From: Candidatus Bathyarchaeia archaeon
Lineage (GTDB): Archaea; Thermoproteota; Bathyarchaeia; Bathyarchaeales; Bathycorpusculaceae
Length of the DNA: 64,000 nt
Assembly (NCBI GenBank): GCA_038882975.1
Contig: JAVZNE010000002.1
Coordinates: 64,001-128,000, forward strand
Reading direction: 5' to 3'
Positions 19,542 to 28,028 of this stretch are shown here, in pieces. A program made the position numbers and the translations under genes. Each line of letters starts with the position of its first letter. Position 1 is the stretch's first letter. A model generated the notes under the pieces. It was not told the DNA's origin. It worked only from the letters and a program-made list of their open reading frames with translations, and made no database searches.

Positions 19542-20339
19542 GTGATGGACTCGGAATTTAAACGCATAATTTATGAGAAAAAGGACGGTGTCGCATGGAT
19601 CACCTTAAACAACCCAGAACGCTACAACGCCCTCGATTACGAGATGCGAAAGGAATTAAAAACTGCTCTAGAAGACGTGGGCAAAGATGGCAACATAGTT
19701 GCGGTCGTCATTAAAGGATCAGAAAAAGCATTTAGCGCCGGAGGGGATGTTCGCGCTTTTGCAGAAATGAAGCCTTTTGAGGTTCTAGAACTGATTAGAG
19801 ATGTTGGAACAGCCTTTGTCTTGGGAAAAATCATTAGAGACATGCCAAAACCAGTCATAGCAGCAGTAAGCGGATACTGTTTGGGAGCAGGGTTTGAACT
19901 AGCTCAAGCATGCGATATAATATTCGCCTCAGAAGACGCTGTTTTCGGCCAGCCCGAAATAAACGTTGGACTTATCCCCGGCGGTGGTGGAACCCAGAGG
20001 CTGCCAAGATTCATTGGAGAAAAGAAGGCTAAGGAATTAATTTTTACTGGAGATAGATTGTCAGCCAAAGAAATGGCCGAATTAGGTTTGATCAACAAAG
20101 TTGTTCCGTTAGATCAGCTCATGAACACTGTTAACGAGTTTATTGAAAAAATTAAAAGCAAAAGTCCGTTGGTAATTGGAATCGCCAAGGAAGCAATAAA
20201 CCAATCCTTGGAAACAAGTTTATCCGAAGGCTTCAAATACGAGGCCCAACTCTTCGCACAGTTGTTCAGCACCGAAGACCAAAAAGAAGGGGCAAAGGCA
20301 TTTCTAGAAAAAAGAAAGCCTGTTTGGAAGGGAAAATAA
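19542..20339 (+). CDS. Enoyl-CoA hydratase/isomerase (crotonase family)
   Basis: AFSAGGD, GAGFELA, FGQPEINVGLIPGGGGTQRL. Confidence 0.93.
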   Translation: MMDSEFKRIIYEKKDGVAWITLNNPERYNALDYEMRKELKTALEDVGKDGNIVAVVIKGSEKAFSAGGDVRAFAEMKPFEVLELIRDVGTAFVLGKIIRDMPKPVIAAVSGYCLGAGFELAQACDIIFASEDAVFGQPEINVGLIPGGGGTQRLPRFIGEKKAKELIFTGDRLSAKEMAELGLINKVVPLDQLMNTVNEFIEKIKSKSPLVIGIAKEAINQSLETSLSEGFKYEAQLFAQLFSTEDQKEGAKAFLEKRKPVWKGK

Positions 20340-20415
20340 CCGAGAGAAACATGTGGCAAGAATAGTCCAACCTAAATAATGTTTATAAATGTTCAACGGA
20401 GAAAACTAATCCAAC

Positions 20416-21564
20416 GTGAGTTGTATGATAAAAGCACCCTTAGAAGGAATAAAAGTACTCGATTTCACACATGAAGTTGCTGGACCACACTGCACAATGC
20501 TACTAGGTGATCTTGGTGCCGATATAATAAAGGTGGAGATGCCCGGGAAAGGAGACAGAGGAAGACACTGGGTTGGCATGAGAGAAACCATATTTATTAC
20601 AAATAACAGAAACAAGAAAAGCATTGTTTTAGACCTCAAAAGCGAAGAGGGAAGAAAAATAGCGTTCGAACTGGCAAAAAGGGTTGATGTGTTAGTTGAA
20701 AATTTTGTGCCTGGAACTATGAAGAAATTCGGCTTGGACTATGAAAGCATCAAAAGGGTTAACCCGAGAATAATTTATTGCTCGATTTCTGGATATGGGC
20801 AAGACGGCCCCTACAGTAGCCGCCCGGCATGGGATCCGATCATCGAGGCTGAATCCGGGTTAATGTCGCTTACTGGAGACCCAGAACCATGTTTGCCTTC
20901 AAGGATACCCGCCTCAATCATAGACTACGGCGCCGGTGTGTATGCAGCATTAGCAATAGTTTCAGCTTTACTGTATCGAGAGAAAACTGGAAACGGACAA
21001 ATGATTGACATCTCAATGCTTGATATCTCCGCGCTTTGGGCGGGATATTGGATTGCTTACAGTTCAATAACAGGGGAAGTCCGAGAAAGAATGGGTTCAG
21101 CTGCTCCTGTCGGAGCACCATACCAAGTTTTCAGAACAAAAGACTCCTACATTTTCATCGCAGCCTTTGAAGATGAACACTGGAAGAAATTATGCCAAGT
21201 TATAAAGGCGGAAAGTCTTTTGAACGATCCCTTGTATTCAACGAGGGAGAGCAGAGCTGCAAACAGAAAAATCCTTGTGGAAAAACTTGATAAGATAATC
21301 AGCGCATGGAACACTAAGGATTTGGTGGATGCTCTAATTGCAGCTGGAGTGCCATGTGCCCCCGTAAACAATACATTGGAAGTGGCAAGCCACCCACAAC
21401 TACTCTACCGAGGCATGATTGTTGAAATAGAATATAGGGGACAGAGAGTAAAAGTTCCAGGGATACCCTTCAAATTCTCTGAATGCCAATTAAAAATTAG
21501 GCACCTTCCACCGGAAATAGGGCAACACACAGAGGAAATTTTACATGCCCTCGGATTCAAATAG
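20416..21564 (+). CDS. CaiB/BaiF (class III) CoA-transferase
   Basis: PLEGIKVLD, GADIIKVE, NRNKKS, ISGYGQDGP, PEIGQHTEEIL. Confidence 0.93.
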   Translation: MSCMIKAPLEGIKVLDFTHEVAGPHCTMLLGDLGADIIKVEMPGKGDRGRHWVGMRETIFITNNRNKKSIVLDLKSEEGRKIAFELAKRVDVLVENFVPGTMKKFGLDYESIKRVNPRIIYCSISGYGQDGPYSSRPAWDPIIEAESGLMSLTGDPEPCLPSRIPASIIDYGAGVYAALAIVSALLYREKTGNGQMIDISMLDISALWAGYWIAYSSITGEVRERMGSAAPVGAPYQVFRTKDSYIFIAAFEDEHWKKLCQVIKAESLLNDPLYSTRESRAANRKILVEKLDKIISAWNTKDLVDALIAAGVPCAPVNNTLEVASHPQLLYRGMIVEIEYRGQRVKVPGIPFKFSECQLKIRHLPPEIGQHTEEILHALGFK

Positions 21565-21646
21565 TAGCAGCTGAAAACATCCTTCCCAAATTTTTACTAG
21601 CATAACTAAGTAAAACTTAAGGTATTTTAAAAGATAAGGTGCGAGC

Positions 21647-22858
21647 TTAACTTTTCCTCAAAGGTAAGAGAAAAAGAATGGATAACGCTGAAGTGACGAT
21701 GGCGAGTAGAAACGACGATCTGAGAGTCCCAGTCATGTCGGCTATCCACCCAGCTATTGGAGGTGAGGCCATGCATCCTACTCCGAGGAATATGGTCATT
21801 AAACCCAGTGCCATGCCAGCATGTTCTAAGGAAAATATATCTGATGTTAAGGCGGTGTAGAGGGGCCAGGCAGCCCCATAACCGGCACCGTAAATGGCGG
21901 ATGAGACAGCTAGCATGATGGATTCCAAATTTGGAAAATTCCGAGCTACGACCATGCCTAAGATGCCTACTGTTGATATGCCTCCGCATAACAACATAGT
22001 TTTCAACCTACCAATAAACTCGGAAAGCGACGCCAAAACCAGGGTTCCTGGTATTGCTCCAAAAGCAATTATGCTCACAAGCATGGAGGCAAATTTGTAA
22101 GGCATGCCTATTTCTTGAAAGCCATATGTGCTAAGAAATGTGAAGGGGATCATTACGTAAAAACCGACAAGCATATACGAAAAGCCCACAAGCCACAATT
22201 TTATATTTTTGACTATTGCAACGCTTTCTTTCAAGAAGTTTTTGCCAACACTCCTGCTTTGACTTTGAGCGAAACCTTCTGGATAGGCTTTGAACAAGAG
22301 CCAAGTCATAGGGGCAAGCAAGAAGCCAGCCGCACTAAACACACGCCATCCAAGCTTCCAGCTTCCAATTTCTACCAACATTGGCAAAATTATGCCTGTT
22401 ACTGCGAAGCCTATTGGCGCACCGATATTCACCATTGCAACTGCGAAGGCCCTTTTCTTGAACCATCTCTGGACAACCACAACAACTGGAACCCAGCATG
22501 CTGCACAGCCAATACCTGCCAGCATGAAGGATAAACTTGCCTCCACCAACGTATTAGACAAGCTCATAAAAAGCGTGCCAGCACCTAGCACCAATATAAA
22601 AAGGGTGATTATCTTTCTTGCGTCAAATCTATCTACAATAACGCCTAGAAAAAACGAGAAGACAGTATAGCCAATGAAATAAGATGTGTAAATAACTCCG
22701 GCCTCAAGTTTCGAAGCGTTCAGTGAAGCCACCATTTCTGGGAGCAAAACGCCATAGCCATATCTGATTGAGTAATGGACAAGTATTATAAAAAACCCTA
22801 CAAGCAAAACAGAAACACCTTTGCCAGTAACAGCACCGGCACGCTTTTTTAACAGCAT
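21647..22858 (-). CDS. MFS transporter
   Basis: About 12 hydrophobic segments; GVIVDRFDARK motif A. Confidence 0.9.
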   Translation of the reverse strand: MLLKKRAGAVTGKGVSVLLVGFFIILVHYSIRYGYGVLLPEMVASLNASKLEAGVIYTSYFIGYTVFSFFLGVIVDRFDARKIITLFILVLGAGTLFMSLSNTLVEASLSFMLAGIGCAACWVPVVVVVQRWFKKRAFAVAMVNIGAPIGFAVTGIILPMLVEIGSWKLGWRVFSAAGFLLAPMTWLLFKAYPEGFAQSQSRSVGKNFLKESVAIVKNIKLWLVGFSYMLVGFYVMIPFTFLSTYGFQEIGMPYKFASMLVSIIAFGAIPGTLVLASLSEFIGRLKTMLLCGGISTVGILGMVVARNFPNLESIMLAVSSAIYGAGYGAAWPLYTALTSDIFSLEHAGMALGLMTIFLGVGCMASPPIAGWIADMTGTLRSSFLLAIVTSALSILFLLPLRKS

Positions 22859-23195
22859 ACAATAAAATTATGACATGCGCCTTAAAACTTTTAGTTTCTT
22901 TTTCATTATAAGCTCGCTTAGTTCTTGTTTAACTCATGAAATCTTACTCAAAATGACGGCGTTATCCATCGTTTATCTCATATTTATGCCGTTTACAGCC
23001 TAAGAATTCAAACAAATGCTAACTATAAGCTGCATAAGGTTCTTATGTCAAATTTTTACCGTCTTTTATTGGTTCTATATAGGGGGAGCATCAGTGCACC
23101 TGCAATTTTAAATTTCCATTAACAACGTTTCAGATTAAATATCGGAAAGCCTATAAATTCTATTGGACCAGCCACCAGCGATAGTGACGTTAAAG

Positions 23196-23510
23196 ATGGA
23201 TGACGCAACAAAGCGCATAGCGAGACAGCGAATCCAAAGTCTTTTCCGTTTAGCCAGGGAAACCTATCATAATGATCCTTTTTTGGCTCAGCGTTATGTG
23301 GATATAGCCCGCCGTGTTGCTATGGCGGCTAAAATCCGTCTTCCAACAGAGTATAGGCGCATGGTTTGCCGCCACTGCAAAAGCCTTATCTTGCCCGGCG
23401 TCAGCTGTCGTGTCCGCATAAAACAGCAGAGAGAACCCCACGTGGTTATCACGTGCTTAAAATGTGGAAAGCATATGCGCATACCCCTAAAAAGGAAGAA
23501 GAAAGAATGA
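23196..23510 (+). CDS. rnp4: Ribonuclease P protein component 4 (Rpp21)
   Basis: IARQRI..RY, CRHC..L.PG, CLKCG zinc motifs. Confidence 0.92.
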   Translation: MDDATKRIARQRIQSLFRLARETYHNDPFLAQRYVDIARRVAMAAKIRLPTEYRRMVCRHCKSLILPGVSCRVRIKQQREPHVVITCLKCGKHMRIPLKRKKKE

Positions 23511-23800
23511 GCAAACTTACCAGTAGAATGAAGCGCCGCATTAAAAGCGAGTTTGGCGGAGAAAAGCCAACGATTTGGATTGGGAAAAAACAAGTCTCCG
23601 ATGAACTGGTCAAAGAGATTGAGAAGCAGCTTGAGAAAAGGGAAGTAGTCAAAATCAAAATTTTGAAAAGCGCCTTGCAGGAGGGGAAAGCCAGCGAAAT
23701 AGCGTCAACAATTTCCAAGCAGACAGAAGCCGACTTAGTGGAGGTTAGAGGACATACTTTCATCCTTTATAAACGTAAAAGAAAAGCTCCAAAAGAGTGA
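23507..23800 (+). CDS. YhbY/CRM RNA-binding protein
   Basis: PTIWIGK, EVVKIKIL, VEVRGHTFILYK; ATG overlaps the rnp4 stop. Confidence 0.9.
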   Translation: MSKLTSRMKRRIKSEFGGEKPTIWIGKKQVSDELVKEIEKQLEKREVVKIKILKSALQEGKASEIASTISKQTEADLVEVRGHTFILYKRKRKAPKE

Positions 23801-23849
23801 AAGCCTTTAGTATAAAAACAACACTTTTAATATTTGGGGCATAGAAAAC

Positions 23850-24166
23850 ATGGGCGACAATATTAAGAAGGCCTTTTTCAGTAAATATGAGGAAAATTTT
23901 GAAAAAAGTAACCCAAAACCAAAAGACGTCATTGTAATGTTTAAATGGCTTGAAAATGAAAGTAAAAACGCCAAATTTTTGAGGACATTGAAAATTTAGA
24001 TGAGCTAAGACGAAATGTTGAAGCCCATTTTTCTCAATTTACAAACCTAAGAAGAAAAGTAGAAGAAGAATCTCTTAAAGTCAATAAAGTACTCAAGAAA
24101 AGGCTGGAAGAACTCAGAAAAACGCGCGAAGCAAAGGAGGAAGAAAAAGAAACGCCGCCCAAATAA
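23850..24166 (+). pseudogene. Frameshifted hypothetical charged/coiled-coil protein (~105 aa if repaired)
   Basis: ATG 23850 frame stops after 49 codons; one extra T in the T5 run at 23976-23980 joins it to an open frame ending TAA 24164-24166. Confidence 0.5.
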
Positions 24167-24217
24167 TCACGCGAGTTTGAAGGTTTTAAACTTTAGCTTA
24201 ATAGTTATTAAGAAGAA

Positions 24218-25132
24218 TCATTTCTCTTCGGGCATTCGAAGGTATTTTATGACTATTGGGCGCGAAAATCCCGTTATTTCTGCAATTTCGTCGATTGTCA
24301 GCCCTTGTTGTCTGAGTGCTCGCATTGTTTGTATGTCTTTGGGTGTTGGGCTTATGCCTTTTATGTGTGGTGTTATTGGAGTTTTCATTTTTAAGTATTC
24401 CATTAGTCTTTCTGGTTCAACTAGGCTTAGGACTGTTGGTGGCGTTGGTATTGTTGTGTTTGGTATGTAGAATTTTCCGTGTTGGAGTATTAAGTCCACT
24501 TGGGGGGCTTTTTCTCCTCTAATGTATGGTCTAATTTGCCTTAAGATTTCTATTAGTTTGTCTCCTGCAAGTTCTATTCTCCAGTTTCCCCTGTATAGGC
24601 GGGGTGTTACGCCCAAAATTTTTGCGAAGTGTTCAATGTCTTCAAGGTCTGTTTTTGCCACCCTAAATCTTGGATAGTAGCCCCAATATTCCCTACCATA
24701 TATGTCATGCACAACTGTGGGGCTTCTCTGGTATCTTAGGTATCCCTCATCCATTAATAATTGGGCTAGCTGGGCGGCTTCTATTGGGTTTAGCTTTGGG
24801 ATTACTTCGGGTGGGCGTGCACGAGGACGCACAATAACTTGATTGAGATTTGATGTTTGGTTTTCTATTAGGGGTTGGGGGTCTCTTCCATAAGGCATTG
24901 GGAAGTATCGTGCTTCATATCCTAACGCTTTAAGCCTTTCCACATGGATTCTAGCATATTCCATTTTAGAGAAAGGTCTAGGCTCTAGGCGTCTCCCCGT
25001 TGCTGGGTGAACGGCAACAACTTTCCACCATAATGCTTCACGTTGGGGGTTGTGGAGTGAAACTCCGCAAATAACACATTTCTCCCACTCTTCAGCATTA
25101 AGTGAACCGCAAGCAGGACAGCGTTTGCTCAT
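24218..25132 (-). CDS. Zn-ribbon + LAGLIDADG endonuclease-like + HTH protein
   Basis: CPACG..CVICG; AQLAQLLMDEG..PRFRVAKTDLEDIEHFAKILG..WRIELAG..ILRQIRPY; C-terminal GLTIDEIAEITGFSRPIVIKYL. Confidence 0.7.
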   Translation of the reverse strand: MSKRCPACGSLNAEEWEKCVICGVSLHNPQREALWWKVVAVHPATGRRLEPRPFSKMEYARIHVERLKALGYEARYFPMPYGRDPQPLIENQTSNLNQVIVRPRARPPEVIPKLNPIEAAQLAQLLMDEGYLRYQRSPTVVHDIYGREYWGYYPRFRVAKTDLEDIEHFAKILGVTPRLYRGNWRIELAGDKLIEILRQIRPYIRGEKAPQVDLILQHGKFYIPNTTIPTPPTVLSLVEPERLMEYLKMKTPITPHIKGISPTPKDIQTMRALRQQGLTIDEIAEITGFSRPIVIKYLRMPEEK

Positions 25133-25686
25133 TCCGTTACCCTCTCAAGTGAAGATATAGGTTCAGTCCTTAGAATTATGGAGAGAATTCCATCAACAAG
25201 GTTGTTCAAAAACCTTACAATATTGTCCGCCTTACCTACAAACTTTCGGAAAACCTCATAGGCTTCTCCCGTTTCTGTCCCTTGAGGAAACATCTTCGCC
25301 AACTCTACCCAATAGAGATTTTCGTCTTCCCCGACACTAATGACATCAAAACCGTTTTTCAAGGCTAAATTCCTTAAAAGCCTAAAATAATTGTCAATTA
25401 AGACGTTGTTTCTCCAATGTCTGGTTTTATGAGCTATTTCCAGTGACGAATAGCAATTCCGTAGCTTCAATAATCCTATGCTTGTGTCAATATCCAATTC
25501 CAAGTTTTCTGGAATGCCCCCTAGCTTTAACCCCTCTATTTCCTCAATGTCTAATCCATAAATTTTACCAGTAACATCCTCACATTCGCAAACATACTCT
25601 TTTCCATCAATCGCAACCTTTACTGGAACCTTAAATAGCGCACCGTTAAATTGAACTTCCTCAACCTCTAAAACTTCAATTTTCAC
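25129..25686 (-). CDS. Hypothetical protein
   Basis: 185-aa ORF coupled to its neighbours in a minus-strand operon. Confidence 0.7.
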   Translation of the reverse strand: MKIEVLEVEEVQFNGALFKVPVKVAIDGKEYVCECEDVTGKIYGLDIEEIEGLKLGGIPENLELDIDTSIGLLKLRNCYSSLEIAHKTRHWRNNVLIDNYFRLLRNLALKNGFDVISVGEDENLYWVELAKMFPQGTETGEAYEVFRKFVGKADNIVRFLNNLVDGILSIILRTEPISSLERVTE

Positions 25687-25689
25687 TAA

Positions 25690-25911
25690 TCAGACCTCCT
25701 CGACAGTCAGTTTCACTATGTAACGGAAGTTAAGGAAAACTTTGGAATTTCCTACAAGGTATAGTATAACTGGAGAGCCATACCTAAATCCACGTAAAAC
25801 TCCATTAATAACTTCACCATTTGAAAGAGTCGCCGAACATCTACAGCCAACAGCCTCAGCCAACATCCTACCAATCTTATCTAACTTTCTATTCTTAATC
25901 ACTCTGGACAT
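25690..25911 (-). CDS. Sm/LSm/Hfq-like small protein
   Basis: GCRCSATLSNGEVINGVLRGF (Sm1-like) and VFLNFRYIVKL (Sm2-like); likely start ATG 25911. Confidence 0.55.
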   Translation of the reverse strand: MSRVIKNRKLDKIGRMLAEAVGCRCSATLSNGEVINGVLRGFRYGSPVILYLVGNSKVFLNFRYIVKLTVEEV

Positions 25912-26035
25912 TCTTAAGCAACTCCCTAAAAACCTCATCAACACTCTTAGCCTTCCACTTTTCCTTTAACTCGTTCAACTTAGCCCAAACCTCAAATGAA
26001 ACCCTAACACTTTTTCTATTCCTCAATTCAGACAC
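25895..26035 (-). CDS. Small ribbon-helix-helix (CopG/antitoxin-like) protein, not in ORF track
   Basis: GTG 26035: MSELRNRKSVRVSFEVWAKLNELKEKWKAKSVDEVFRELLKNVQSD (46 aa), beta-alpha-alpha pattern. Confidence 0.6.
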   Translation of the reverse strand: MSELRNRKSVRVSFEVWAKLNELKEKWKAKSVDEVFRELLKNVQSD

Positions 26036-26038
26036 CCC

Positions 26039-26359
26039 TCAAAGGTAAATTTCATCGCCCATCCCCTTCAACTGCCTAAGAATACGCAACCAATCCTGCA
26101 TCTGAATGAAAAGGTCAAAATCGTTTCGAATACGCTCTTCAATCTTCTTCAGCATGAACTGCAGTAAGCAGGGCTTACAACGCTGAATGATGCCCTCCAA
26201 AGTCGCAACAGCCACTTCATTTTCAAGAATGTTCGGCGATTCCCAGTCTACGGCTAACAGATAACGCATAAATGGGTCAACCGCTTCCCAGCCCCTTTTC
26301 TCTTCGGCGTTTCGAATAGGTGGCGACTTCTTAACCCGAATGTCTGGAGGCTCATTCAT
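26039..26359 (-). CDS. Hypothetical protein
   Basis: 106-aa ORF abutting the upstream ORF stop. Confidence 0.6.
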   Translation of the reverse strand: MNEPPDIRVKKSPPIRNAEEKRGWEAVDPFMRYLLAVDWESPNILENEVAVATLEGIIQRCKPCLLQFMLKKIEERIRNDFDLFIQMQDWLRILRQLKGMGDEIYL

Positions 26360-26833
26360 CTAAGTTACGCCCCTCACAAATTCAACAATCCCCAATGCTT
26401 CAAGAACAGACCCCAAGTAATAGTAAATGAACAAAAACAAAATGCGAACTCTATAAGCATAAAGCCACATTTTATATTGCTTTTCATCAAGAAATTGGAG
26501 CAACAATGCTTGAATCTCGTCGCTCTTGACCGTTTGCCACCTGTGACCTTTGTAAATTGAAACCTCCTTCCGTCCGACTCCGAGCTTGTCTAAATAATCG
26601 CCTTTGCCAGACACCCTATTGGCAAACTTAAGGGTTAACCCAACGGTAGTCTTCGCCCGATTGACAGCGTACGCCTCAATTTCCTCCTCTCTTTTTTGGA
26701 GCAAAATGCTGCTCTTTCTGAGTGCCCTATGTAGTTCTGGCAGTTCTGGAACCCCCGCTATTATGTCAGTTGCTAGCGCTTCCGCAACCTGAGCCGGCAT
26801 GTCATCGATTTTTAATTTTCTTGTTGGTGGCAA
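26360..26833 (-). CDS. Hypothetical protein
   Basis: 157-aa ORF, first gene of the minus-strand operon. Confidence 0.6.
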   Translation of the reverse strand: MPPTRKLKIDDMPAQVAEALATDIIAGVPELPELHRALRKSSILLQKREEEIEAYAVNRAKTTVGLTLKFANRVSGKGDYLDKLGVGRKEVSIYKGHRWQTVKSDEIQALLLQFLDEKQYKMWLYAYRVRILFLFIYYYLGSVLEALGIVEFVRGVT

Positions 26834-26911
26834 TTTGCAACACCAGTTCTAATGTTAAACACAATAATATTTTTATGCAAAAGAGATATAAAACTTTCGG
26901 AGAAGACCATC

Positions 26912-27322
26912 ATGTTGCAAGGAGAATCAAGGCTTGTTATTTACAAAACAAAGTATAGAAACAAAACATACGATAAGTGCCTCATTAATATTCCAGCTAG
27001 CATTTTCAAAGATGAAAGATTTCCCTTCAAAAGTGAAGAAGAACTTAAAATCACAATTTACCCCGATGAAAAGGTTATAATTCTCTTTTCCTCAGACATT
27101 TGGAAGGAGCTAGTTAATCTTTCTCAAGAATTAGCTAAAGCCTATAGTAAAGGAATCGAAATAATAGACTCTGACAAGTCGCTTTCAACCCTACAAAAAG
27201 ACGTTGCTAAACTAGTTTATGACAGAATATTTAAACAAGAATTACAAAAATTCCTATCCACCACAATAAAAGAAGCTATTGAACATGCCAAACGTGGAAC
27301 AAAAGCCCTCAACACAAACTAA
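26912..27322 (+). CDS. AbrB/MazE-like swapped-hairpin regulator (putative)
   Basis: CLINIPASIFKDERFPFKSEEELKITI pattern; divergent from the element operon; ATG 26912 after TATA and GGAG. Confidence 0.5.
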   Translation: MLQGESRLVIYKTKYRNKTYDKCLINIPASIFKDERFPFKSEEELKITIYPDEKVIILFSSDIWKELVNLSQELAKAYSKGIEIIDSDKSLSTLQKDVAKLVYDRIFKQELQKFLSTTIKEAIEHAKRGTKALNTN

Positions 27323-27342
27323 CCTTTACCAAACAAAAATTT

Positions 27343-27439
27343 TCCGAACCAAAAACACAACATCTGAACCATAAAATTAAAGACTCTGAACCGAACAACC
27401 AAAAAATCTGAACCAAACCCAAAAACCAAAAACTGAACC
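27343..27439 (+). repeat. Iteron-like WCYGAACC repeats (x5) in an A/C-rich, G-poor tract
   Basis: TCCGAACC 27343; TCTGAACC 27363, 27385, 27407; ACTGAACC 27432. Confidence 0.65.
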
Positions 27440-27554
27440 AAAACAAGACCCCCAACACCCACCCCTCCCCTGCCACCCCTAACCAAATCCAACTCACAAC
27501 CCAAAACAAATATATTGGGCTTGGTGAATTACTGAAGGAAAACAACGGAGAAAA

Positions 27555-28028
27555 ATGGAATTGCCGACTCCAAACGATGTGCCAGCATCAGAATTCATCC
27601 AAAAACTAGCCCACTATTTAAAGGAAAATGTGGACGAGGTGACGCCCCCAGCATGGGCAAGCATAGTAAAAACCGGTGCTCACACACAGAGAACGCCTGA
27701 CAATTCGGACTGGTGGTATGTACGATGCGCCTCACTGTTGAGGAAAATATACATTCATGGACCAATAGGAATCGAGAGACTACGCGCAGAATACGGTGGC
27801 AGAAAAGATTTTGGTGTTAGGCCAGAACACGCCGTTAAGGCAGGCGGGGCAATAATAAGAAAGGCTTTGCAACAGCTTGAAAACGCCGGACTTGTCGAAA
27901 AGTTTCAGAACAAAGGAAGGCGAATAACAAAAGAAGGGAGAAAACTCCTAGAGGAAATAGCTGAAGAGATAATGAAAGACCTGCTCAAGAAAATGCCTCA
28001 ACTGGAGAAATACCAAAAGAGTGATTAA
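27555..28028 (+). CDS. rps19e: 30S ribosomal protein S19e
   Basis: [36 protein letters not shown]. Confidence 0.97.
   Translation: MELPTPNDVPASEFIQKLAHYLKENVDEVTPPAWASIVKTGAHTQRTPDNSDWWYVRCASLLRKIYIHGPIGIERLRAEYGGRKDFGVRPEHAVKAGGAIIRKALQQLENAGLVEKFQNKGRRITKEGRKLLEEIAEEIMKDLLKKMPQLEKYQKSD

Larger units (their letters stand above)
23815..27546. mobile_element. Putative integrated element / cargo insertion between yhbY and rps19e
   Basis: Interrupts a normally contiguous archaeal operon; orphan ORFs plus LAGLIDADG, RHH, Sm-like and AbrB-like genes; AAAACAAC at 23815-23822 and 27539-27546; no integrase. Confidence 0.6.

Noticed and set aside
22859-23195. AT-rich intergenic gap as replication origin or ncRNA
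   Set aside because: No ORB boxes, cdc6 neighbour or convincing structure; best read as a divergent promoter/island boundary
27343-27439. Possible mini-CRISPR array
   Set aside because: Repeat is only 8 bp with 12-17 bp low-complexity gaps; no cas genes in the window
23829-27520. Alternative element boundary pair AATATTTGGGGC (23829) / AATATATTGGGC (27509)
   Set aside because: Imperfect AT-rich match; cannot be preferred over AAAACAAC without an empty-site genome
27309-27545. Two minus-strand Trp/Phe/Gly-rich ORFs (78 and 61 aa)
   Set aside because: By-product of the A/C-rich repeat tract, which is poor in stop codons on the reverse strand; no protein-like features
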